From Mobula hypostoma (lineage: Eukaryota), in contig NC_086108.1 of assembly GCF_963921235.1 (NCBI RefSeq), positions 84,632,001 to 84,696,000 of the forward strand: DNA of 64,000 nt. The letters are read 5' to 3'. Below the pieces are notes generated by a model. That model had not been told where the DNA came from, did not search any database, and saw nothing but the letters and a program-made list of their open reading frames with translations. Every line of letters begins with the position of its first letter. Within the stretch, counting starts at the first letter, position 1. Positions 1 to 12,411 of the stretch are shown piece after piece. A program made the position numbers and the translations under genes.

Positions 1-62
1 AATCAAGGGCACACAACTTCAGTCACAAGCTATTTTGCATTGTAACAAAAATCACAACCTAC

Positions 63-233
63 CACAATGTCCTCTGGATACAAGTTGTCACTGAAGGAAC
101 CATCATCGAAATTCACTTCATAGAAGGTTTCTTTACTCAATCCAACCACCTCACATTGGTAAAAGCGCCCATTTTTGTGTTTTGAGATGACCTTCTGCCC
201 AACTTCAATCTCATTTAAAGCTGATTTAGAACG
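63..233 (-). CDS. KDM4A: Tudor exon RSKSALNEIEVGQKVISKHKNGRFYQCEVV...FYEVNFDDGSFSDNLYPEDIV
   Basis: tag acceptor, GTG|gtaggt donor, 171 nt, phase 0 to 0. Confidence 0.95.
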
Positions 234-395
234 CTATGGAAAAATTAAACAAAATTTTTATTTTATTTAGAGATGCAGTGTGGAGTAGGCCCTTCTGGCC
301 CTTCGAACTGCACCACCACTGCAACCCCTGATTGAACCCCAACCTGGTGATGGGACAATTTACAATGACCAATTAACCTACGTAGTATGTCTTTG

Positions 396-1446
396 CAACA
401 CACATCAAAGTTGCTGGTGAACGCAGCAGGCCAAGCAGCATCTGTAGGAAGAGGTGCAGTCGACGTTTCAGGCCGAGACCCTTCGTCAGGACTAACTGAA
501 GGAAGAGTGAGTAAGGGATTTGAAAGTTGGAGGGGGAGGAGGAGATCCAAAATGATAGGAGAAGACAGGAGGGGGAAGGATAGAGCCAAGAGCTGGACAG
601 GTGATAGGCAAAAGGGGATACGAGAGGATCATGGGACAGGAGGTCCGGGAAGAAAGGCAAGGGGGGGGGACCCAGAGGATGGGCAAGAGGTATATTCCGA
701 GGGACAGAGGGAGAAAAAGGAGAGTGAGAGAAAGAATGTGTGCATAAAAATAAGTAACAGATGGGGTACCAGGGGGAGGTGGGGCCTTAGCGGAAGTTAG
801 AGAAGTCAATGTTCATGCCATCAGGTTGGAGGTGACCCAGACGGAATATAAGGTGTTGTTCCTCCAACCTGAGTGTGGCTTCATCTTGACAGTAGAGGAG
901 GCCGTGGATAGACATGTCAGAATGGGAATGGGATGTGGAATTAAAATGTGTTGCCACTGGGAGATCCTGCTTTCTCTGGCGGACAGAGCGTAGATGTTCA
1001 GCAAAGCGGTCTCCCAGTCTGCGTCGGGTCTCGCCAATATATAAAAGGCCACATCGGGAGCACTGGACGCAGTATATCACCCCAGTCGACTCACAGGTGA
1101 AGTGTTGCCTCACCTGGAAGGACTGTTTGGGGCCCTGAATGGTGGTAAGGGAGGAAGTGTAAGGGCATGTGTAGCACTTGTTCCGCTTACACGGATAAGT
1201 GCCAGGAGGGAGATCAGTGGGGAGGGATGGGGGGGGACGAATGGACAAGGGAGTTATCTAGGGAGCGATCCCGGCGGAATGCAGAGAGAGGGGGGGAGGG
1301 AAAGATGTACTTAGTGGTGGGATCCCGTTGGAGGTGGCGGAAGTTACGGAGAATAATATGTTGGACCCGGAGGCTGGTGGGGTGGTAGGTGAGGACCAGG
1401 GGAACCCTATTCCTAGTGGGGTGGCAGGAGGATGGAGTGAGAGCAG
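396..1446 (-). mobile_element. Penelope-like element (Neptune-type) 3' fragment: linker, GIY-YIG endonuclease, 3' UTR/pLTR
   Basis: GVIYCVQCSRCGLLYIGETRRRLGDRFAEH motif, Cys-rich linker CKRNKCYTC, 9-bp TSD atgtctttg at 387-395 and 1447-1455. Confidence 0.9.
458..493 (-). ncRNA. Minimal type I hammerhead ribozyme motif, intact core
   Basis: Minus strand AGTC-CTGACGA-agggtctcggcct-GAAA-C-GTC-GACT; stem I AGTC/GACT. Confidence 0.8.
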
Positions 1447-1899
1447 ATGTCTTTGACTGTGGGAGGAAACCAAAGCACCTGGGGAAAAACCCATGTATCC
1501 CATAGGAAGGATGCACATGGAGACTCCTTACAGATGATGCTGGATTTGAACTCTGGCACCCTGAGCTGTAATAGTACAGTGGTAACCGCTTTACTACTGT
1601 GGCACCCATCTTTTAAGAGTTCCATTGATCTCAATTGTCCGGCAAAGGAAGATAACAAAAAATCCATTTTGCATGTTAATTAATGACCAGATGGTGAGCC
1701 AGTACCAGGACATTTAATAGCAGCTGCTATAGGTTAGATCTGCCTTTATACCTTAAAACATAATTTCATCACAAAGCTGCAGCCATGGAACAGGGCTTTT
1801 GGATCAAACAGGCAAGATACAAACTAACAAGATGAGCAAAATAAACAATAGCCAGAAAATTAGTGAATTAAATGCCAAAATTACATACATAAATTTCAT

Positions 1900-2175
1900 T
1901 TTTATTTAGTGCAGATGCAGCTTAGACCAGGCCCTTCTGGCCTAATGAACAAACCATCGATTTAACCCTAGCCTAATCACAGTATAATTTACAATGACCA
2001 ATTAACCTACTAACTGGTAGGACTTTGGAAAGTGGGAGGAAACCTGAGCACCTAGAGGAAATTAATACATTCACAGGGAGGAAGTACAAACTTTTTACAG
2101 ACAGCGTTGGAATGGAACACTAAACTCCAACGACGCAAGCTGTAATAGCGTTGATCTAACCACTATGCTGCTGTA
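1900..2175 (-). mobile_element. V-SINE/HE1-like SINE
   Basis: Same head, core and tail as 258-1608. Confidence 0.75.
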
Positions 2176-2229
2176 CAAAAATGAACACCAGAATTTAAGT
2201 ACTACGTCTCAGATTTCAGTGGTAGTACG

Positions 2230-2740
2230 ATTGAAGTAGTATTTGGGATCTTTGTCTTTATATATAGGGGAAGACTACAAAAAGTATGCTATAAAATAAA
2301 GGTTAAGCCTCAGGTAGAGCATTTTGTTCTATTTAGGACCAGACATTAGGAAGTATTTCACAACCATGGCGAAGATAACGAGGAAATTCAGTAGAATGGT
2401 ACAAAGAGAACGAAACATGGAAGAGCAGACTGTTCTCCATGGACCACCTGTCTTTAAAAAGATCAACTTAAAGATTTTCATGAATATTTAAAATTTAGTA
2501 GTTAGAAAGAAACTGCTTTCAGCAGCAGCAGAATTGCCAACAAGAGGCCACAAATTTAAAGCAACTGACACAAGGACATTTAAAAAAATTGGAATGCATG
2601 GCCAGAAAAGGATGACGAAAATGATTTCAATAAAGTTAAGAGAATTAGTTAAGTATACTGAGATGTGTTTGGCTAAGGAGGAGAAAGAGAAAAAGATTTT
2701 AATGTCAAAAGGTTGGTACATTATTGATGGTTGCATGACA
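2230..2740 (+). mobile_element. Highly decayed CR1 3' fragment
   Basis: Remnant TRGHKFK peptide and CR1-like RT C-terminal DNA. Confidence 0.5.
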
Positions 2741-3187
2741 ACCTTTCAAGCCACAACACTGTACAACTGCACTCAATAGCTTAAGGAGATATCTTGAAAT
2801 GCACAACACTCAAGCCTATCACCTGCAGTGTGGCAAAAATCTGCAGGCTTTCCTTTCATTGGCTTCACTGCAGGGCAGCAATATCAGAATTTCAGGAATA
2901 GAAATGATTCAAAACATCTTGGTGAAGTACTGACGAGAGCGAGGTGAATGGCTACATTCATTCTTTGACACTTGTAGAGGCATTGAAAACGGGGTTCAAT
3001 GGAACAAAACAGATTTCTAATCAGCAACCGTCATACCAATATTTTTCCAAGGATGCTAAATACCAAGGTACCCTTGTCCATCATCCTACAATTTTCCCGT
3101 AACAGCAATTAGTAAAACTTAATTTATTTGACAAGTATGGGAATTCTGCCCAGCAGCAATAATCTACTGCTGTAAAGCAGCACCTAC

Positions 3188-3376
3188 CTCTGCTTGACTG
3201 GGTGTCTTGTGCCGACAGCAGGTGATGAAGACTACATACGGCCAGTCATCAGGTTGCATGATGACTCCAGCAGCATAGGCACAGGTCACATGAAAAGAAG
3301 TGGGGCAACGACCATGGGAGCACTGCACACAGCAACCACCAGTCTTTTTCATTCTCTTTTTACAGTAGAAGCATTT
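3188..3376 (-). CDS. KDM4A: PHD2 exon [32 protein letters not shown]...[21 protein letters not shown]
   Basis: cag acceptor, GAG|gtaggt donor, 189 nt, phase 0 to 0. Confidence 0.95.
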
Positions 3377-3937
3377 CTGTAAATGGCCAATGTTATACCA
3401 TTGATAAAGCATATGCAGTTTTAAAAGAGTGCACAATGACTGAGGTACAGAAATAGCAAGGGACATTAACACGTGTAATAAAAACTACAATCAAACTTTT
3501 GTACAGTGTAGTCTAAGCCTGAATGTTGTTCTTACTGCTTGAATATTACTTGTGAAAAGGCAAAACTGTTGCCAGCACAAAACAGTATGACCACCTCCCT
3601 CTGACAGTCAATGGCTTTTCAATGCAGTATCGGCTATTAATGATGACCTTATTACACCAGTGACAACACTGACCAGAAACCAAGAAGAACCAGCCACATA
3701 AATACTCTAGCTATAAAGCTGGTCAGAGCTTATTACTTGTGATTCAATTTGGTGTTAATTCCCTTCCAGATTCCTGAAGGCTTCATCACAAAGACTGAAT
3801 TACCAGTACTATGATTGTAACTACATTGTAGAGTGTATCATATTCTGATTCATGTGTAGTCTTAAGTCAACTTTGTGGGTAATTAAGGACGGTACATCCT
3901 GGTGCCAAAAAATAAATGGGGTAGTTTCGTTCGGTAT

Positions 3938-4030
3938 AGAGCGAGTGAGAGAGCATGAGAGCGAGAGCGAGAGCGAGAGAGAGAGCGAGCGAGAGAGAGA
4001 GCGAGAGAGAGAGCGAGAGAGAGAGAGAGA
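3938..4030. repeat. (GA)n/(GAGAGC)n microsatellite
   Basis: Directly visible. Confidence 0.95.
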
Positions 4031-4572
4031 AACCAGGAGATCACACTGGATAAAATAGTATAGAGCTATTTATTGTGTTTTCTGGTAGATATCTTGTTGT
4101 AAATATATGCAGTTTCTTTTTGCTATTTTCACTAATTTTTTATAAGTTTGATTTTTGATGTACTTAATAACATCCATGCACTATAATGCTAACTGACTCC
4201 AGCTAGTTTTTCCTTGGTCATAACCCAGATATTGTAACAACATGTACAACGGGAAAAAAATCCAGTTGGAAACTTAATCATGTGAAGCCTAATGATGCAC
4301 TTATCATCTATTTCCTGCAAAATAGATTGTTTGCCATGGATCCCTACTCTTGGAAGAGTGCATGCTTTCCTCTATTTGTCAAGGATAGCTTTGAATGTCT
4401 CCATGGCCAAAAATGAACTCTGGGATTGACAGTATGTCAATGACAGTGGCAGAACAAATTAGAAACTACCTGATGTGGGTAAGTGATCAAAATAGTACCA
4501 CATATCTGGGTTTATAACTTGTAGCGTTTGCCAGTGGCACTTGCTTTAAGACACTAAGCACATGACTCGTAC

Positions 4573-4681
4573 CAGTTTCCAGCGAAGTGGTGGTATTGGG
4601 CTGACATCCACAGGACGGCGTTCTGCGACATTCACAAACCGAACCTCCTGCACTGCAACAGCACACATTAGGTGTACCCAC
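4573..4681 (-). CDS. KDM4A: Exon (R)[36 protein letters not shown]
   Basis: cag acceptor, CTG|gtacga donor, 109 nt, phase 2 to 0. Confidence 0.94.
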
Positions 4682-5066
4682 CTGTACAAAAAAAAGGTAT
4701 ATTTAAATAGATAATCCAAAGATGGAACTGTGTTTGTTCAAATCCGTTCAATGTATTCCAAAGATACTTACAATGTATATTTAAATGTTATTCTGAAATA
4801 TTTCTGGTATACAGTACGCATGTGTTCTATATATTCAATTAACATCATTGCCTGTTTTCATGACACTGTGTATCTTATGCCAATCTACAGTGCGAGGGGA
4901 AATATTTTCATTAAGTTTTTGTTAGATTACTTCAGGGTGCATTCGCATCAACATTTTATTCATCCTCAGCCTCTGGTACTAATCATTCCTTTTTAAACAC
5001 TGAAGTAAATCCTATTATCCCTTTGACTACTCCTGTCACTCTCACCTTTGCTCTTCAAAAAAAACT

Positions 5067-6046
5067 TTCAGATTCAAAAAACTTTATTGTCATTCTAACC
5101 GTACATCAGCTCTGCAGGGCAGACTGAGACAGCGTTTCTCAGGAGCAGTGCAATCATAACATAACAAATGCAACACTAAATAATAAACATAACAATAAAT
5201 AGTAAAACACAACAGCCACATGTCAGTTAAAATCAAGTTATAAGCGTCCAGTGCAAGTTAAAAGTGTCCAAAGCAGAGTCAGGTGGAGCAGCTATTTAGC
5301 AGTCTGACTGCCTGTGGGAGGAAGCTGTTTAGTAGCCTTGTGGTTTTAGTTTTGATGCTCCTGTAATGCTTGCCTGATGGCAGAAGAACAAACAGTTCAT
5401 GGAGAGGGTGGGAGGGGTCTTTAATTATGTACCATGTCTTCTGGAGGCATCGACTCTGAAAGAGGTCTTGGACAGAAGGTAGGGAGACCCCAATAACCTT
5501 CTCTGCTCCCCTAACCACCCTTTGCAAGGCTTTTTTGTTGACAGCACTGCAGCTGGAGTACCAGGTTGTGATGCAAAAGGTCAGCACACTCTCAACCACG
5601 CCTCTGTAGAATGTAGTTAAGATTTTAGCGGGGAGTGATGCTTGTTTAAGCTTCCCCAGAAAGTGGTCCCTGCTGGGCCCGTTTCATAATCCCAATGGTG
5701 TTCCTGGACCAGGTGAGATTGTCCGAGATCTGCACCCCAAGGAACCTGATGTTTTCCACTCTCTCCACTGTGGAGCCGCTGATGCTGAGGAATGTGTGCT
5801 CAGGCTGAGATGGTCTGAAATAGATGATCATCTCCTTGGTTTTGGTGACATTAAGCATCAAGTTGTTATCCCTGCACCAGCTCTCTTGGTGTTTGACCTC
5901 TTCCCTGTACATTGTTTCATCATTTTTGCTGATGAGCCCCACCACTGTGGTATCATCAGCAAATTTTAATGATCAGGTTCTCCTTGAATCTGGCTGCACA
6001 GTCATGTGTTAGCAGTGTAAACAGCAATGTGCTAAGCACACAAGCT
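5067..6046 (-). mobile_element. Rex1/Babar-like LINE, 5'-truncated
   Basis: FADDTTVVGLISKNDE, LNVTKTKEMI, ESVLTFCITTWY and LLNSFLPQAVRLLN motifs; aataaa plus short tandem tail. Confidence 0.82.
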
Positions 6047-6179
6047 TGTTCACAAGCTCAATTTTCCTGCCAGACTCTTCCAACTGTTTCTGTATCCCAT
6101 TTCTCCAGTATTTAAACACAAATCACTCTACAGTTTTGATTCACTCCTGAACATAGTTAATACTTTCTAATCCATAATG

Positions 6180-9100
6180 CAAAAACATGCACTCCACTGA
6201 AGTCTCATTAGGGGTCCAAGACAGGTCTCTCACACTACTACTACACTTTGTTTTTTTAAAATTTTATTTTTTTATTTGGATAAGGTATTCACAAGTAGTA
6301 CACAAACTTTTTTACATATAAAAACCTTTTCCATTTTTTATATATGTATAAATCTATATATATTTATACATTCACAGGTACACATTGATATTTGCTCCTA
6401 CCCACAGACCTCCTCCTCATCCTCACACATCTAGTCATATTATAGCCCTCCGCAGGATGTATAATTAATTATAGAACTTCAAGGAACTCAAATTCTCAAA
6501 TACAACCTAGTCTCACGTATAAACTGAATAATAGACTCTTCAATCAGATGTTGATTCTCTTGATGGCCAAAGACTTAATAGAAAACCAAAATAAATTTAA
6601 GCCAGATAGCCTCTTGAACACGCTTCTTTCAATTTTGTATCGATTACAACTCAGCAAAACATGCTGGACTGTCTCTGGACTACCACAGTCACATAATCCA
6701 GTAGGATGTTTTCCTATTATCTTTAAATAATAGTTTAGCCCACAATGCCCCAACCTAAGTCTTGTAAATTTCACCATATCTCTACGACTTAAAGTGTAAG
6801 AGTCTGAGACCTTTTTAGCTAGTGGGTGACTAGAAAAATAATGCCTGCCCCTTAATTCATTTTTCCAATCCTCCTGCCACTTCTTCTCTATACCTTTTTT
6901 AATCTGACTTCTCAATTCTGCTCTGCTTAGGGGAACTCTAATTTCTACTTGCCTGCTCTGTAAGGAAGACTTTACAATGCCATCCACAATTTCATTTCCC
7001 TTCACCCCAGCATGCCCTGGTATCCATGAAAGTCTAACTGCACAACCCATCTTCCCTACTCTAAACAACTCTAAGAGAATCTCAATAACTATGTCAGGAC
7101 GAGCTTTTGATTTACTCCCTTTTATAGACTCTAAGGCAGCAGCAGAATCCGAACAGATGATAATCCTACGTGGTCGAGAGTCTTCTATCCACCATAAGGC
7201 CCTGTGGATTGCTAATAATTCTGTTGCAAAGACAGAAACACCATCTGAAACCCCGACCAATCTTAACTCCAAGTTGAGACACATACATCCCAAATCCTGC
7301 CCTACTGCTCTCTGGGTCCACTGAGCCATCAGTAAAAATCTTCAGATAAGATCCCCATTTATAATTTAAATATTCATTTGTGATCAACGCTGATGAAATT
7401 GCACTGCTTCCTTTAAACTGAAAAAGGAGGAATAGGTCTACTTGTTCTGGAAAGAGCCAAAAAGGGATGGGTGGCAAGCAAATTTGGTCAACTCAGTCAG
7501 TTTCAATTTCACAGCCCAGTTATTAACCAAATCTGAAAATGGTTATCTTTTAATTTTACCTTGGCACTCCGACTTCCCCTGCAAAGGACACTTTGGACAA
7601 CTGTGATTGAATGCATTTAGTTTTACCCAATACTGCAGGCCCAGCTGAATTTGTCTTAAATGTAGAGGCACTTCTCCCATCTCCACACGTAATGCCGGGA
7701 CTGATGTAGTTCTAAAAGCTCCACAACAGAGTCTAAGTGCTTTGGACTGTACAGTGTCTAGTTTTCCAAGCACTGCCATAGCAGCGGAACCATAAGCAAT
7801 ACAACCATAATCTATAACTGATCTAATCATAGCTAGATATATTAAGTACATAGTTTCCTGCCCTGCTCCCCAGTCGCATCCAGCAATACTTCTCATAACA
7901 TTTAAAACTTTCTCACACTTTCCAATTGCTTTATCTATATGAATCCTCCAAGTAAGTCTTTCATCAAACCAGACACCGAAAAACTTGAATACCATGACTC
8001 TTTCTAGTGGAGAATCATATAGGCACAATTCACAATCAGGAATCTTTCTTCTATAGCCAAAAATCATGTATTTGGACTTAGAAGCAGAAATCCTGAAACC
8101 CCATTTATTAGCCCAGTTTTCAACTGATCTTAAAGCCTTTTGTACCTGCCTTAATATATACTTGATGTTTCTTCCTCTTTTCCAGGTTGCACCATTGTCT
8201 GCAAACAATGATTTGCCAAATCCTGTCCCTACCTGATCAAAGGTATCATTTATCATGACATTAAAAAGAACTGGACTAATGACACTTCCTTGAGGGGTAC
8301 CATTACCTATTTTAACTGACTCGGAGCTTGTTCCGCCTATTCCTACCTGAATTGTCCTTTCCTTAAGGAAATCTTTGATCCAATTAAACATTCTACCTCT
8401 AATTACCGCATCATAGAGTTTAATTAATAAGCCATCCTTCCATAGCGAGTCATATGCTCTTTCAATATCTAGAAATACACTTACCTACTTCTATTTTGAA
8501 ATGCTTTTTTAATATCATGATCTAAAAGGGCAATAGATTCCATTGATCTTCCAGTTCTAAAACCATTTTGATAGGGAGCAAAATGTCCCATATTTTCCAA
8601 AAAATAAACAAGTCTGTTGCTGACCATTCGTTCCATAATTTTACAAAGCACTGACCTTAAAGCTATAGGCCGACACAAACTAGGACTAGACACGTCCTTA
8701 CCTGGCTTTAAAACTGGAACTACCACTGCATGCCTCCATTCTACTGGTAATTTTCCTTCTTTCCACACTGAATTAAACAATGCTAGAATTTCTATTAATA
8801 CAGAGTCATCTAAATGCTTAAGCAATTCATAACATGGTCCATCCCTACCAGGAGAAGTGTTTGAACCTGACTGGATAGCTTCCTGCAATTCCTGAAGGGA
8901 GAAGAACAAATTTATGGAGCTAATATCATCCAAACTCCTGTCCAATTCCCAACTTTCCTTTAACATAATTTTCTTTCTCAAATCACCTAACTCTCCAGAA
9001 CTGTGTACTGCTTGGAACACCTCTACAAACATATCAGCCTTTTCCTTATTGGTTACAGCTTCAGTATCTCCTTCCAGCAAAGCTGGGATAAATATATCCC

Positions 9101-11495
9101 TGACATTCTGTGAATGATCGTCCATAGCTGCTTTATAGGTGCCTCAGGGCACAGGGTTCCACAAAGTCTTCTCCAACTATCCCTCTTTGCATTTTTAATT
9201 ACTCTCCTTACGACTGCTCTTTCCTTTTTATTCTCCATAACATTATCTAACACTGGGTACTTTCTTAATTTCCTGTAAGCTCTATTTCTGTTTCTTACTG
9301 CTATATCACAATTTTTATTCCACCACGGAACTAATGCTCCTGCATTAAGTACATTCCGTGGCGGAACAATCAACTGAGCAACTTCATGAATTATACAACA
9401 ACGGGACTCATTCCAATCATCTATGAAGCCCTCGCTATTAATGTCTTTTATTATATCCACAGCTTTCTCCTGGTACTCATCCCAATGGGCCAGAGAAAAA
9501 TTATACCTAGCAGACCTCTCCTCAAATTCTATGATCAAATTTCTACCAAATCTACATAATATAGGATAGTGATCACTTCCTAGTGTGTATCTGTCCATAG
9601 CATCCCATTCCCCAACCCTAGCTAAGTTTGAGGAAGTGATAGATAACTAAGTGACTACAAGTATTCTTTACAATATTAAATCTTGTAGGCCTTCCGTCAT
9701 TTAGCAGTACCATATTGTATTCATCTAGAAACTCCTCTATTACCACTCCATTACTATCTTTACTTTCACAACCCTATATAGGATTATGGGCATTGAAATC
9801 TCCAACCCAGATTACTGGGGATCTTACCTTATTCATAATTTCATCCAAATCTGATAACATCATATTACCTGGATTATAAAAGTTAATCAAAGTTATTTGA
9901 CCATGAGAGCTCCAAACCTCCACAGCCACAATTTCAAGGTTAGATTTAAAATCAAGTCTTCTAACCTGGAGTCCTGTTTTTATGAAAGTTGCACGCCCTC
10001 TACCAGACTTACCTGTTCTGTCAGCTCTCTAACTATCATATCCAGGGATCACAAAATCTAAATGAGGCTTTAACCATGTCTCCTGTATACAGATCAAATC
10101 AGGCTTGTCTTTAAAAGTTCCAACAAACCTTTTTAATTCTTGACCATCTGCAGATAAACTTCTTGCAATTCCATTGTAATATTAAAAACATCCAAATACT
10201 AATTATTGGCCTCTTCATCCACATAAAGCTCCTCCGTACTCTCTGATCCCGACAACTGGGAAGTATTCAGTGATTGTTTGTCTGTCATATACTCAGGTAA
10301 TTTTTCTGGCAAAATGTTTTATATCAAGGAATCTCTCTGCAGTTCCAATAACTACCTTTATCATATCCGACCTCTTGGCTGTAGTTTTAGCCCCTACCAG
10401 TACATCAACAACAAACACCAAAAAAGACACTTTTAGTCATCAACAACATGCCTGAAAGAACCATAGTTGGAGAACTCGGAATGAACTGACTCCCCATTAT
10501 TCCATCTTTTCTTTACTTATCCTTTGCTCTCTATCAACTTTCTTTACTGCTTCAGCATATGATATTTTTTGTTGGATACTAACATACTGAATCTGCTTTG
10601 CCTTACTAAAATACTCACATCCTCTGAACGCTGCTATATGGTCCCCTCCACAGTTACTGCACATAGGCACCGCTGCCTTACCTGCTTTAATATCATGATC
10701 CTCTCCACATTTCCTACATCTTCTTTTACCTCCACATGAACCAGCAACATGTCCAAATCTCTGACAATTATAACAGCGTAAGGGAGGCCTAATGTATTCT
10801 CTAACTTGATAAGACATGCACCCAAGATAGACTCTAGTTTGAAGAACATCACCTGCAAAAACCAGAAGAACAGGGGAATCCCAATTACTACTTTCTCTCG
10901 ATTTTAATCGTTTGGCTTCAATCACTCGACCACCTTTAATATTGTCCAAAATTTCCTTTTCAGTCATGCCATACTAAATTCCTTTCTTTCAGAGTAATAC
11001 ACTCCACTTTCACAAAAAATTTTCCCACCATTTTAGCACTGTTATATTGGTCAGTATCTTTGCAACAAATTTTCAGCAATCCATTAGACAAAATCTTGGC
11101 CTGGAATCCTTTACCTATTTGGTTCTCTAATGCTGCTGCTGCCACTTTCAAAGGATTAAGGGCTCTAAATCCTCCTCCTCCTTCCTTCTGACCTTTAATT
11201 TTATACAGAACTATAAATTCCTCCAATTCACCCACTTTCCTCAATTTGTTGTCCCCCATTACTTCAGGTCTTTCACTTGATGCACCCCTTTTTTGGCTAC
11301 CCTTACTTCTGGAGTATTCCACAGTCTCCCGCCCTCCCCCTTCAATCTCAACGCCCCCCTCTCCCTTTCGCAGCCATAGGCTACAAACTAACCCTTCCCA
11401 AACTACTAGGCTCCTCCATGCCAAAGTCCCCACCCACTCAATCAACAGCCCCAACTGCCCAGAAAGCCATTTACAGACATACTTATCCAATCCTT
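6180..11495 (-). mobile_element. Near full-length decayed I-group (I/Nimb-like) LINE: gag-like ORF1, APE, RT, RNase H, C-terminal CCHC
   Basis: Three Zn knuckles (CYNCQRFGHVAGSC etc.), GSDHYPI, GTPQGSVISP, FADN, FTDGS/CSDS/WIPGHAGVKGNE, CDCGSPETVQHVLLSC; multiple frameshifts. Confidence 0.88.
6251..6390 (-). mobile_element. Probable short L1/Tx1 3' tail with poly(A), inserted in the I-element 3' UTR
   Basis: T-run then AT-rich segment; flanks join as cactttg|ctcctaccc with tttg on both sides. Confidence 0.4.
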
Positions 11496-12115
11496 GCGTA
11501 CTTATTTACTTAATTTTATCATTTTTTCCACCAAATCTTTTTCTTGTATTAATTCCACATTTTCCAGAAATAAAACAGTGAACATTCGAACCAAGGGAGG
11601 TTACGTTAACCCTATTACTATATTGATGAGGAAAGCAGTATGAACCTTTAGGAGAGTCATCTAAAGTCTGCTTGCATTGGGGTTATAAATTCAATCCATT
11701 TGTTCCAAATTTGATTTTTAAAAATTTCATTTTGAATTCTGAGAGAGTAAGTCATCTTTTCCATTTTAAATACAAACGTTCGTATTTCCAGAATAATTTC
11801 ATGCCAATCTTCTAATGTAGGTGACGTTGGATTTAGCCACTTCCTGGTGATTGATTTCTTACTTGCCGCTAAAAGGGCCTGCAGCAGCTTTATATCTTTC
11901 TTCTGTTCCAAAAACAATACATGCCCCAAATAGAGAGTCTCCAAGTTCAGAGGTATCTGAGCCTTAAATACCTTAACTAATGTTCTGTGAATACCTTTCC
12001 AATATAAACTTAATTTAGGGCAATCCCAAAAAATATGGAAATGATTTGCCTCCTTGGAGCCACACCTTCTCCAACATACCACGTTAGTTATCCACACTTT
12101 GAAATTCCTTTTCTT
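11496..12115 (-). mobile_element. L1/Tx1 ORF2 C-terminal fragment with partial 3' UTR
   Basis: CWRRCGSKEANHFHIFWDCP and ASKKSITRKW motifs. Confidence 0.8.
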
Positions 12116-12411
12116 ACTCACATTCACACACAGATAAGAGAGAAAAAAAACATTGCCCTCTACAATCCTTCTCCCTACATCCCCTTTTCTATGTTTTTTT
12201 AAATTGAAATACAGTGTGGATTAGACCCTCTGGCCTTTTGAGCCATATTGCCCAGCAATTCCCCCCTGATTAATCCTAGCCCAATCACAGGACAATTTAC
12301 AATGACCACTGAACCTATCAACTGGTACATCTTTGGACTGTGGGAGGAAACTGGAGCACCTGGAGGAAATCCACGCAATCTCAAGAAGAACATAAAGGCA
12401 GTAGCAAGAAC

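Larger units (their letters stand above)
258..1608 (-). mobile_element. tRNA-derived SINE (V-SINE/HE1-like), split by a Penelope insertion
   Basis: Head with A/B-box-like motifs (GAGTTCAAATCC) near 1540-1600, core ggtttcctcccacagtc, CR1-like tail at 263-395; colinear with the copy at 1900-2175. Confidence 0.75.

Noticed and set aside
3852..4058. ORF with ERERER repeat
   Set aside because: Translation of a GA microsatellite.
6185..6250. Minus-strand ctaatga-gacttca-g-tggagt resembling a hammerhead, and aagtgtagta resembling U2 snRNA
   Set aside because: First core box is mutated and GAAA is absent; the U2 match is only about 10 nt.
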